Source: a virus. Taken from it: a DNA stretch of 64,000 nt. Both the position numbers and the translations under genes were made by a program. The stretch covers positions 34,930 to 98,929 of IMG/VR virus record IMGVR_UViG_3300047552_000910; one strand, written 5' to 3'. Of the stretch, positions 1 through 8,636 are shown one piece after another. Under the pieces are notes generated by a model that was not told the origin of the DNA, searched no databases, and saw nothing but the letters and a program-made list of their open reading frames with translations. How positions within the stretch are numbered: position 1 is the stretch's first letter; each line of letters begins with the position of its first letter.

Positions 1-785
1 ATTGCTGTTTCTATCATTGCTTTATAGGCGTATTCCGGACACAACCCCAACTCCATTTTATAAGCATTAAAACTAATAGAAGCATCGTTGTCGTTGTCTG
101 TTTTCCAATTAGCACTTAATACCCAATTAACTGAATTGTTATTATATTTAAGTTCGCAAAAATCATCAACATCATAAACGCCATCTTTATTTACAACACC
201 ATAATCGGTATCTACGATATTATTGAGATTATGATTTTGTTTATAAGTAAAAGATGTCAGCTCTCCGTTTTTGTAATCAGTTAATGCACAGTAATAACTT
301 AACATGTGAGGAATTAAATCGCGGCTAACTCCGCCGAACGCTAATTCTTTATTAGTAAACCAGCTGCCGGGGTTAGGAATCCTGTTCTTATTATGCCAAG
401 TTACTTTAATAGTTTCGGATAAATTTACTAATTGTTTAAGGTTATTAATCGAACGTCTATATTGGTTGTTCTTAACCATCATAAACCGAGTATCAGGATA
501 ATCTGTTAGCAATCGATGCCACAATTCATGATTTTTTAGACCCGGCTTTTCTATTAACACAATTCGGCACTTGGTACTTATTGCCCTAGCCATATTTTCA
601 TGTAAAAAATTGGGGGCAGCAATAATACCTATGTCGTATTTTTTAATATACGGTACTTGGCTAATTGAAGTATATGTTGGATTTTTAGAAGTATCTGTGT
701 CTACTGTATCTACCTCATACCCTAGCTCGTTGCAAACTGTTTGATATAATTGCCCGATGCCTAATCCGATTATTAAGCAGTTCAT
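1..785 (-). CDS. Gfo/Idh/MocA-family NAD(P)-dependent oxidoreductase (3'-truncated by window edge; not in ORF track)
   Basis: Manual translation from ATG at 785: MNCLIIGLGIGQLY (Rossmann GxGxG)...IIAAPNFLH...VLIEKPG...WFTNKELAFGGVSRDLIPH; no stop before position 1; ATGA overlap with the stop of the upstream TGT-like gene. Confidence 0.8.
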   Translation of the reverse strand, partial: MNCLIIGLGIGQLYQTVCNELGYEVDTVDTDTSKNPTYTSISQVPYIKKYDIGIIAAPNFLHENMARAISTKCRIVLIEKPGLKNHELWHRLLTDYPDTRFMMVKNNQYRRSINNLKQLVNLSETIKVTWHNKNRIPNPGSWFTNKELAFGGVSRDLIPHMLSYYCALTDYKNGELTSFTYKQNHNLNNIVDTDYGVVNKDGVYDVDDFCELKYNNNSVNWVLSANWKTDNDNDASISFNAYKMELGLCPEYAYKAMIETA

Positions 786-2476
786 AGCGAATTCTCCAAT
801 GTATCTAAGTTTTCTTCTTCGTCTGTAGTAAATTCTTCTGAGTGCTCGTCTGCATAAGAAAAAAGTGCATTAAAGCTGGTTGAAGAATTAGTTTCTTTTT
901 TACCTGTTGCGCCACGCGTACCGATAACTTTCGATAATATCCTATCATACTTTTTAATCAATTTTAATGCAGTAGGCATATCAGCAGCAAATATTTGATC
1001 AACTAAGTCACCGATATAAATTCTTTCGTGTACTTCGCTAACTAGCATAGCAGGACAGCTTTGTTTATTTTCATAAACTTGGTTTGCTCGTAATACAGCA
1101 TTCAAGTGGGCATAAACATTATGCCCCATTTGAATTGCATAAGAAAAAGAATCCCAGCTAGTGCTATTTTCTTTTCCTGCTTTATTTAAATCGCCTGGCG
1201 CGTATATACAAACATCTTTTATTTCACATTGGTCTATAACAGGACTAGATTCAAAAATAGGAAAAATGCCGTCTTGAATTACTGCATCTTTAAACAATCT
1301 TGTATCTTTTGCATATTTTTTATCGTCTGCAGACGATACCATTCGATAAACCCACTTCTTTCTATCTTCTAATTCAGTTCGAACATAAATTTGTCCGTTT
1401 GCTGTTGCTAAGAACGGAGATGCACAATCGAAACTAATAGTAAAGTTGGGATTATGATATTTTCTAACGGCTTTTTGAATATCAGTTAAAAAAACAGCCC
1501 ATTCTAATTTAGAAGTACCAAGAAAATGCATCCAATCGTGCTGGCCTTGAATCATTAATCCGTCATCAATAATACGCCTAACCATTTTAATGGCTAATGT
1601 GGGAGAGCACATTAATTGGCCGCCTGCAGCCCACCCATTAAACGCTTTATCACCATATATTTTCGGATCGCAGAAATCTTTCATCTGTACATACCAATTT
1701 TCTGCTTGTGTATGGTTCTCGCCCTGAAGAACATTTAAGAACTTGCAATTACCATTGCGGTTTTTAATAAAGTATTCATTATTATATCGAGTGGCGTTAA
1801 CTGCATCTTGATATGAAGATATGCCCGTTGCGAGCATGCTTGCAGGATCGCGGCAAGTCCATGCAGGAATATCAAGAATCATACCGTAATCCATTAACGA
1901 GTCCATCCATGTTAATACCTGCTCTCGTTTCTTTTGTGCAGAGTCAAGTAGCCCTTGATATGCCTTAGCATGATTAACAGCAGTAGTCTTCACATTACCT
2001 TGCTTAGTAAGAACAACATTGCCAGACTTATCTAAAATCGGTTTTTGCTCGATACCGAGTGCTGCCATTTTAGCCATCTTTTGTTTAACTTCAGTAGAAG
2101 TAGGAGCGCGCCACTCGCCGGCCCAAACACCCTTTCCTATTTGGAACCCACCGGAGTCGCCAATCACAATGGAAGTGTTTTTATTCCTGTTGCGAAACAT
2201 ATCTTCTGTTTGTTCTGGTTTATTTAAATCTAGTTTTGCATGGCCAGCCGAATAGAGGCTCCATTTATAATAAAAAAGACCTTTATCCGGATCTAAGTAG
2301 TTAAGACTTTCCACACCGTTAACAAATGACTTTGGTACTCGTGTATACGGGATATACTCACCAAATCGCTGTTTACCTATAAAAGTGGCGTAAAAGCTTG
2401 ACGTTGCAGGTAAAAAAACAGCATATTTGCTGAGACCATTTTCGTCTAATTGTATTTCAGTTAAGTTAACTTCCAT
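782..2476 (-). CDS. tRNA-guanine transglycosylase (TGT)/DpdA-like base-exchange protein
   Basis: DSGGFQ motif, MILDIP, LNVLQG, HFLG and SFDCASP match the TGT-fold motif order; start placed at MEVNLTE behind a GGAG Shine-Dalgarno (track start 2506). Confidence 0.7.
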   Translation of the reverse strand: MEVNLTEIQLDENGLSKYAVFLPATSSFYATFIGKQRFGEYIPYTRVPKSFVNGVESLNYLDPDKGLFYYKWSLYSAGHAKLDLNKPEQTEDMFRNRNKNTSIVIGDSGGFQIGKGVWAGEWRAPTSTEVKQKMAKMAALGIEQKPILDKSGNVVLTKQGNVKTTAVNHAKAYQGLLDSAQKKREQVLTWMDSLMDYGMILDIPAWTCRDPASMLATGISSYQDAVNATRYNNEYFIKNRNGNCKFLNVLQGENHTQAENWYVQMKDFCDPKIYGDKAFNGWAAGGQLMCSPTLAIKMVRRIIDDGLMIQGQHDWMHFLGTSKLEWAVFLTDIQKAVRKYHNPNFTISFDCASPFLATANGQIYVRTELEDRKKWVYRMVSSADDKKYAKDTRLFKDAVIQDGIFPIFESSPVIDQCEIKDVCIYAPGDLNKAGKENSTSWDSFSYAIQMGHNVYAHLNAVLRANQVYENKQSCPAMLVSEVHERIYIGDLVDQIFAADMPTALKLIKKYDRILSKVIGTRGATGKKETNSSTSFNALFSYADEHSEEFTTDEEENLDTLENSL

Positions 2477-2540
2477 TATTTCTCCGGATATTTCCACTTT
2501 ATTCACAACAAAATATGTTTTTAGTTGTTGACTTACGAGT

Positions 2541-3101
2541 TCATTTCAGTAACTGGGAAGTAAAATCGTCGTACGGAGTATTTTGTTGCGGATCCCCTGC
2601 CCATTCAAACCGAACATTATGCCGCCGGGTTACTGCCCATGCGCAGACAAACACGTAGTCGCTCAAAATATTTAATGCCCGTATATGCAGATCCATATTA
2701 GGATTAGTTTCTTTTAATTTGCAAGCTACTAATTCAGTATGGCGAATAATGCATCTGAGTTGCATTAACTTAGCGTTCTTTTTAGTAGTCCTAATAAAAC
2801 CAGTTAATGGGTTTAGCCGCGGTGCTTCTGCCTTAATTACAGCTTCAAATTGAGCAGCTGACAAATTGATTAAATCTATGTATTTTTGGCTAGTAGGGGA
2901 ATGATGATTTGCACCCAATGCAAACACTAAATCTTGAATCGAATACATATCTGCGGAATAGCTTTGTATCCAATCTAATAGACCAATATATTCGATATTT
3001 AAATCGGTTTTTGGAAATTGTTTATTGCCATTAAACCAAGTAGTGCCATTGTCACCGTATCCTGTTCTAACAACTGTTATTACTTTTTCGGGTTTGTTCA
3101 T
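2541..3101 (-). CDS. Divergent PduO-type ATP:cob(I)alamin adenosyltransferase-like protein
   Basis: TGYGDNGTT (cf. TRTGDxGxT), IQDLVFALGA, RCIIRHTE (cf. RxxxRRAER), LNILSDYVF (cf. LNRLSDxLF). Confidence 0.65.
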   Translation of the reverse strand: MNKPEKVITVVRTGYGDNGTTWFNGNKQFPKTDLNIEYIGLLDWIQSYSADMYSIQDLVFALGANHHSPTSQKYIDLINLSAAQFEAVIKAEAPRLNPLTGFIRTTKKNAKLMQLRCIIRHTELVACKLKETNPNMDLHIRALNILSDYVFVCAWAVTRRHNVRFEWAGDPQQNTPYDDFTSQLLK

Positions 3102-3829
3102 TTGGAATGCGCCGGGAGGATATAATTATAGGTAGTAATGCCGGAATCTACCGTAATTTGTAAGGCACCTGCGTCGGAAATATACATCGTGATATCTCCG
3201 TCTAAATTCAATAAACTTTGAATTCTGTTAATGGGCCAAGCTAGCGTATGCTTCAACGCGCCAGTAATATCACTTTGGAATACAAATTTTCCAGCATGTG
3301 TGGACGCATCACCAAAACTAAACACCAAGTTATTATCACTTGTTGATATTTGGAACACAGTTTCTTCTGTATGCGCAGCCGCTTGATATTTAAACCGAAG
3401 AATACTAGCAGCCGACGGTTTTAATTCGATGTTCCACTTTGCTCCTTTGAATTTTACGGAACGAAGTTTTTCGTTAACAACTTCATGATTCATAAATCGA
3501 TAATCATTCTGGAAATCACCCGAAGCATTCTTAAAATGAATACCTACTGGGACTTCAGTACCATTCTTTTCTCGCGTAATTAAAGAAAGATCAGCAGAAT
3601 CTCGATATTCTCCACACTTTAAATGGAGGTCTAGCTTATTAAGATTAGGCATACCGAAGACGCCGTCGAGTTCTGTAACAGGCTTATGTGTAGTAGCTGT
3701 CATAATAACAGACTTATCTTCGGCCATTGATTCAATCAATGTCTCTGTTGGCGACGCTGTGATTTTAATAAAAGGGAGGAATCCTAAATTGTGAGTGTGT
3801 GTTACTAAATCAAGTAAAAAGTCTTTCAT
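3098..3829 (-). CDS. Putative DNA polymerase sliding clamp-like protein
   Basis: 243 aa, alternating beta/alpha pattern, directly downstream of PolB with a clamp loader in the same window; assignment by size and context. Confidence 0.5.
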   Translation of the reverse strand: MKDFLLDLVTHTHNLGFLPFIKITASPTETLIESMAEDKSVIMTATTHKPVTELDGVFGMPNLNKLDLHLKCGEYRDSADLSLITREKNGTEVPVGIHFKNASGDFQNDYRFMNHEVVNEKLRSVKFKGAKWNIELKPSAASILRFKYQAAAHTEETVFQISTSDNNLVFSFGDASTHAGKFVFQSDITGALKHTLAWPINRIQSLLNLDGDITMYISDAGALQITVDSGITTYNYILPAHSK

Positions 3830-3852
3830 ACAAATGCTCCAAGTTAATGTAC

Positions 3853-3881
3853 AGTATAATTTAATTTATTTTGAATGTCAA
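3853..3881 (-). promoter_or_regulatory. sigma70-type promoter TTGACA-17-TATACT
   Basis: Exact -35, 17-nt spacer, near-consensus -10 upstream of the 3829 start. Confidence 0.75.
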
Positions 3882-3919
3882 ATACTACTTTCTACCGTTA
3901 TATAATAGAAAGTAGTATT
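3881..3919. terminator. 14-bp inverted repeat after the PolB C-terminal gene
   Basis: aatactactttcta ... tagaaagtagtatt immediately after the stop at 3926. Confidence 0.55.
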
Positions 3920-3925
3920 AATTAT

Positions 3926-4909
3926 TTAGGAAAATTCGAATAGAGATTCAAATTCGTTATTTTTCACAGTAGACGCCAAGTCCCAAGATAATACACCAAT
4001 TAGATTATCCAATTTTTTATGAATAATTGCGTTTTCCATTTCGTCGTGTGCAAACGGCAATCCTTTAAACCACGCAGGTAGCCGTAACTCGTCTGTTGGG
4101 TATGCTACACTAGTAAATCCTAAAGGATTATGTTTCAATTTACAAACGATTACTTTTGTTCCGTCTGTAATAGTAGAAGAATATTTGTCGTCGAATAATC
4201 GTTTAAGTGTATTCCAATTAATCGATGCTCTTACATGCCCGGGCATTGTAGATTTACCTACCAATGCTTCTTTATCTTGGTATTTAGTAATGTTATTAGC
4301 TCTCTTTGGGGATCCTTTCTCCCAACCCGGCCGTTCTTTAAATTCTTTTTTGAATTGATTAATATGCTCTAATATCTCAGTTTCTTCGTGCCCTGTTAAA
4401 ACCATCTCCAATACTTCACTCAAGAAATGTTGAATCACTTCTGGGGTATCGGATCTTCTAAGGTCCAGCCCCATTGCTTTAATTTTTCCTGGCTTGCCGT
4501 TTACATCGGTGCGTTTGCCGTCTTTATCGAAATATAAAATAGCATATCGTTTTTTAGTAATAAACAATGCTTTAGAACCCACTAATTCTCTGCCCGCCCT
4601 AATTACTTGTCCTCGAGATAACGGGCAATGAAACGTATTTAACATAAAGTCGGGGAAGCTGTCATTTGTTTCAGAACCAATCTGATCATATAAATTGATT
4701 ACATTTTCTCTGGACCAATTAATTCGTTTAGCATCTATGTCGGTTTTTAAAGTTTGATACGCAGAAAAATAAATGGAATCTGTGTTATGTACTAAAATAT
4801 CATTTGCGAAAAAGAAAGGATCTTGTTCGTCTATGCTTATATCATAAACATAATCATCTACATCGCCTAAACACTCTATACTTTTTATTGTTGTTCTTTC
4901 AATATCCAT
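3926..4909 (-). CDS. polB: Family-B DNA polymerase, C-terminal fragment preceded by C-intein
   Basis: 42-aa IntC ending HN, then TDSIYF (motif C second half), KKRYA and GLDLRRSD. Confidence 0.92.
   Translation of the reverse strand: MDIERTTIKSIECLGDVDDYVYDISIDEQDPFFFANDILVHNTDSIYFSAYQTLKTDIDAKRINWSRENVINLYDQIGSETNDSFPDFMLNTFHCPLSRGQVIRAGRELVGSKALFITKKRYAILYFDKDGKRTDVNGKPGKIKAMGLDLRRSDTPEVIQHFLSEVLEMVLTGHEETEILEHINQFKKEFKERPGWEKGSPKRANNITKYQDKEALVGKSTMPGHVRASINWNTLKRLFDDKYSSTITDGTKVIVCKLKHNPLGFTSVAYPTDELRLPAWFKGLPFAHDEMENAIIHKKLDNLIGVLSWDLASTVKNNEFESLFEFS
4784..4909 (-). mobile_element. Split intein, C-terminal half (IntC, 42 aa)
   Basis: VYDISI...FFANDILVHN/T: intein blocks F and G, His-Asn end, Thr +1 nucleophile. 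Confidence 0.9.
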
Positions 4910-5838
4910 TGTACCACCTTTTCAATAGTAAACTTTTTGTCTAACATAAAGTCTTGTTCCCACACCGTAAGTGCTGAGAATCCTAAATCTGTTACTGTTT
5001 TTATTTTTAACATATCTCTATGTTGTATATCTTTTGCACAACTGCCGCGAATAATTGCAGTATCTGTGTAAATTTTAGGATTTGCGTGCCAATAATCGCC
5101 ATTAAATTCTATTATACAATTTTTATGTTTTATATCATAAATTACATACGTGTTTAATAACGGCGACCATTTTCCGAATGGTTTGTTAAAGCTGGTGTGT
5201 TCTAATTCACCTATGCATTGAATTACTAAGTCAGTAAATTCTTTTTCCATCTTACTAGAATGAGACGTATTTTGCCGGGTTATAATTAGTTGGGCTGCTT
5301 CTTCTTCGGTAATTGCAAGATGCGCCGCTAACAATGCAGGGTTGTGTGGTATTGATTTTTTATGATTAACTTCTAAGTATTTTTGAACCCCAATGTTATT
5401 TCCGTATTTTTTTATAAAATATTCTTTTGTATTTGTGTACCCTTGACGCAAACAATACTTTTCCCATTTTTCGGCGCCAGCAACTTCTCCGTGGCGCGCT
5501 ATCATTTTTTCTAGTGTCTGCGACCTTGATGAGTTATAACTATCGAACTGCTCTTTGCTCCATCCGTATTTTTCTTTTTTATAATCAAAAGAATTTGTTA
5601 TTGCTTGTTTTTCTGTGTATTGCCGCCACCGATCGTTACCGTCAGTGTCCCCGTATTTTTTTATAAAATTTTCTAAAGTTACTGCCTTGGCCTTTGCTGA
5701 TTCCGCGGATATAATTTGTGCGCCAGGGTACGCCAATTTATATTCTCTCCCATTATTAAATCTTCCGGTACATTTATATTTGAAGTGTGTCCATTGGAGC
5801 AGCGGGCTTTCAAATCCGCATTCTAAACATTTAACCAT
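4885..5838 (-). CDS. Free-standing homing endonuclease, Vsr-like (EDxHD-type), between the intein halves
   Basis: C-terminal EKEF...YDIK...IIEFNGDYWHANP...D..K...G...LTVWE; N-terminal CxxC...H...C and repeated (F/K)xxKYG helices; own TAAATA promoter and SD. Confidence 0.8.
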   Translation of the reverse strand: MVKCLECGFESPLLQWTHFKYKCTGRFNNGREYKLAYPGAQIISAESAKAKAVTLENFIKKYGDTDGNDRWRQYTEKQAITNSFDYKKEKYGWSKEQFDSYNSSRSQTLEKMIARHGEVAGAEKWEKYCLRQGYTNTKEYFIKKYGNNIGVQKYLEVNHKKSIPHNPALLAAHLAITEEEAAQLIITRQNTSHSSKMEKEFTDLVIQCIGELEHTSFNKPFGKWSPLLNTYVIYDIKHKNCIIEFNGDYWHANPKIYTDTAIIRGSCAKDIQHRDMLKIKTVTDLGFSALTVWEQDFMLDKKFTIEKVVQWILKEQQ

Positions 5839-5865
5839 ATACTGATACTCCTATCCTTATAGTAT

Positions 5866-8184
5866 TTATGTATTTAAGCAAATTATAAGGTCAGTATCTT
5901 TAATCTCTAGCGGAGTCACTTCTAGCAGGAACCCGGCTCGATCAACCATTACGCTATGATCTTCAGTAACTGTCACAGATTTATCATTTTGCAATGTAAT
6001 TTTATACAACTTCTTTTTAGTTTTGTGCCTCATAACATACGAAATTGTAGACATAACAGGGGAATCTTCAAAAGCATTAAACCCAACTACTTTAGCAAAA
6101 GATTGTACTCCGTATTCTTTTCCGTATTCTATCACATGTTGGCAGCATTGTTCATAGAGCTCTTTAATTGGTATCTGCCCTCCGTCAGTTCTTATCATAG
6201 TGTCGCCAGTAACACTGTCGTTATATTTGACTGATTCCCCTTTATAATCATAAAAGCCTGTTATAATCTCATTAACTTTAGCGGACATGTGCTTAACTAC
6301 CTGTCTGCCAGTAAGAGTAACTGATTGCCCTAACCGTTTGTCAAAGAATCTAGAACCTGCATTGAGTAGCGCGCCGTAAAGGGAATTTAACTGTATCTTG
6401 GTAACCTGTTGGCGTTTATCCCAGTGTTCTTCTGCAACTTTATCTTTCTTTTCAATTGCTTCTTGTAAGTTCTTTTGATATGTTTGCCTATCAGAATACC
6501 ACTTAGTTAATATTCCCGGAATAACTCCTTCCTTGGAATAAGTAAAAATAGTGCCGTTAGCAGAAAGCATATACGGTTGATTCGAGTTATAAATTAGTTC
6601 GTGTATTTCTGCACCTGAAAGGGTATCGGTTGTACCATTCTCCCAGTCTACAGTAATCATTTTACCTTTGTCTTTTTCAAGAACAGCAGTAAATTCTAAC
6701 GATCCAAACAATCCTTCCCATGCGGTTGCAAAGCTTGTACCATTTTCTATTTTATTTTGGATAAAGTTTTCGGTATCGGTTTGTCTAAGTTGTCCTACTA
6801 TTGTTTCGGGACTCATATTCATTGCACGGATAACCGACGGATATAGACTCTTAACATCAAGTAATCCCACCCAATCGTGTAATCCTTTTTTTGGATAAGC
6901 TACATACGCGCCTGCTGCTTGTGTATCTAAATCTTTAGTACGAACACGATCTTTGATACAAAAACCTAGTTTATGAGCTTCGTTGATTATTGCTTGGTCT
7001 GTAGCAGAAACAACGCCCATTGTGGTTGGAATTAATACTCCAATTTCGTGAGCAACCTCGTTAGCAATATCAATAAATTTAAGTTTATTATCAAGTTTAT
7101 TTAGAAGTGCGCAGTCTTGTCGGTTGTATTCGACAAATTTAGCAAAATCATCGTGATACAGTTGATCTAGTGTACCTTCATAAACAGTTTTTCGTTCATG
7201 CAGTTCATATTCTGCAATAGCATCCAATTTATACGAGTGCCGTTCTTCGTAAGTATATTTGCGATACAACTCCAGACTATCTATATGCATTCTTCCTACT
7301 AAGTCGTAAGTAAATGCAGTTCTTCCGTACTTTTCATATTCGCGTTTCTTAGGGAATTGGTCGAATAGACATAACTTCTTAGTATATTCCTTGGATAAAA
7401 TCCGAGTAATCCTATTCACAACATACGGAATATCAAATCCTTCTCCGTTCCAAGCAGAAAGTACATCAACATCTTCGATTAAATCTAGAAATGTCAATAA
7501 CATTTCTTTCTCAGATGTAAAAAGATATGTATTTGGAATATCTTTTATCAATTCAGCAGCAGCTTCCTCAGTTAATGAGGACGGAATCAATGCCAAACAA
7601 ATTAATGCATCGGACCATTGCAGATGAACAGATATTGCAGTAATGGGGAGGAATGCTTCTTGAGAAGCAGCATAGCCAGGTCCTGCTTCTATATAACGGC
7701 ATGTGTTAGCTTGCACCCACTTTTTATCGATATGATCGTAAACTTTATATCGTTCTCTATGAGGAAGTAATCCTAATTCTCGTACAGTAATATCTTTGTC
7801 TGGCGGTGTAATTCTAAGTTTGAAGCCCGACGGAAACGCATACGGTTGGAAATCGGTTTCAATGTCAAAGAAACAGACATTAAGTTTCGGGGTTGGGAGG
7901 TTTGCGTAATATTCCGATAAGCAAGTAAAAATAGGATTTAAATCAGTTTCGAATAACTGCTTAGTAGCGTATGCAGAACGCGCCATTTTAAAATCTTTTA
8001 AGTTTTTGCAAGTAACCTTTCTTACAGCATCTCCATAAATTGATTTATGTTTGCCGTTATGATCTTCTACATAAAAGGAATATTGCACAGGGTGGGTATT
8101 AAAAACACGATTACCATCTTTATCTCTGCCTACTACATGAATAATATCCGTGGTTTTATTGTGCCAGCAATTAACGTAATTCAT
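5866..8184 (-). CDS. polB: Family-B DNA polymerase, N-terminal fragment (3'-5' exonuclease + motifs A/B) ending in N-intein
   Basis: FFDIETD, WNGEGFDIPY, YNRQDC, DVKSLYPS, KIQLNSLYG, then YND/SVTGDT intein start; start moved to MNYVN behind GGAG (track start 8223). Confidence 0.92.
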   Translation of the reverse strand: MNYVNCWHNKTTDIIHVVGRDKDGNRVFNTHPVQYSFYVEDHNGKHKSIYGDAVRKVTCKNLKDFKMARSAYATKQLFETDLNPIFTCLSEYYANLPTPKLNVCFFDIETDFQPYAFPSGFKLRITPPDKDITVRELGLLPHRERYKVYDHIDKKWVQANTCRYIEAGPGYAASQEAFLPITAISVHLQWSDALICLALIPSSLTEEAAAELIKDIPNTYLFTSEKEMLLTFLDLIEDVDVLSAWNGEGFDIPYVVNRITRILSKEYTKKLCLFDQFPKKREYEKYGRTAFTYDLVGRMHIDSLELYRKYTYEERHSYKLDAIAEYELHERKTVYEGTLDQLYHDDFAKFVEYNRQDCALLNKLDNKLKFIDIANEVAHEIGVLIPTTMGVVSATDQAIINEAHKLGFCIKDRVRTKDLDTQAAGAYVAYPKKGLHDWVGLLDVKSLYPSVIRAMNMSPETIVGQLRQTDTENFIQNKIENGTSFATAWEGLFGSLEFTAVLEKDKGKMITVDWENGTTDTLSGAEIHELIYNSNQPYMLSANGTIFTYSKEGVIPGILTKWYSDRQTYQKNLQEAIEKKDKVAEEHWDKRQQVTKIQLNSLYGALLNAGSRFFDKRLGQSVTLTGRQVVKHMSAKVNEIITGFYDYKGESVKYNDSVTGDTMIRTDGGQIPIKELYEQCCQHVIEYGKEYGVQSFAKVVGFNAFEDSPVMSTISYVMRHKTKKKLYKITLQNDKSVTVTEDHSVMVDRAGFLLEVTPLEIKDTDLIICLNT
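5869..6216 (-). mobile_element. Split intein, N-terminal half (IntN, 116 aa)
   Basis: Starts SVTGDTMI (block A, Ser1), contains VTVTEDHS (block B TxxH), ends at a stop codon with no endonuclease in frame. Confidence 0.88.
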
Positions 8185-8195
8185 TCTTCTCTCCG

Positions 8196-8217
8196 CGTGA
8201 CCTTTGCGGCGGCCACA
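8196..8217 (-). promoter_or_regulatory. Hairpin just 5' of the polB Shine-Dalgarno (candidate translational operator)
   Basis: GUGGCC-GCCGCAAA-GGUCAC stem-loop 2 nt before GGAG. Confidence 0.45.
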
Positions 8218-8275
8218 TACCACTCTTTGTGAACCTTTAATTCGTCAGGTATTGTCAGGCAATACCGTCGAATCG

Positions 8276-8533
8276 TCAGATTCGTTTAGTAATATCTAGT
8301 ATAGCTTCAATTTCCTCCCAATCTGAATTATGAGAATCCCAATCACCTTTATGTGCTATTCTAATAGCCTTATTAATAATTGACGGTTTAATTTGGAGTT
8401 CTTCAGCCACTGCTTTTACAGTATCTCTAAGTCCGTCTTGAAGATCTTGCACTTCTCTTAGAACAGTAGAGCCCTCAGTAATTAGTCTTTCTAACTTCTT
8501 TTTTTCTTCTTCGCCATAAGCACGACTAGTCAT
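8276..8533 (-). CDS. T4 DsbA-like small dsDNA-binding protein
   Basis: 85-aa helical protein with L..LI.E...L.E...L...LRD..KA..EEL.IKP.IINKAI.I.HK pattern resembling DsbA. Confidence 0.55.
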   Translation of the reverse strand: MTSRAYGEEEKKKLERLITEGSTVLREVQDLQDGLRDTVKAVAEELQIKPSIINKAIRIAHKGDWDSHNSDWEEIEAILDITKRI

Positions 8534-8636
8534 CGTTTACTGTCTCCTAAATGAATATTTTAAGGCATAACAACTGTTATGTCTATTTATTGTTTGTTTT
8601 TGTAGGAAGTAACCCGTTTAAACAGGTTATATTTGA

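Noticed and set aside
4885-5868. Frameshift or sequencing error breaking a single contiguous intein in polB
   Set aside because: IntN ends in a clean stop, the endonuclease has its own promoter, SD and ATG, and IntC has its own Met in another frame; this is a coherent split arrangement
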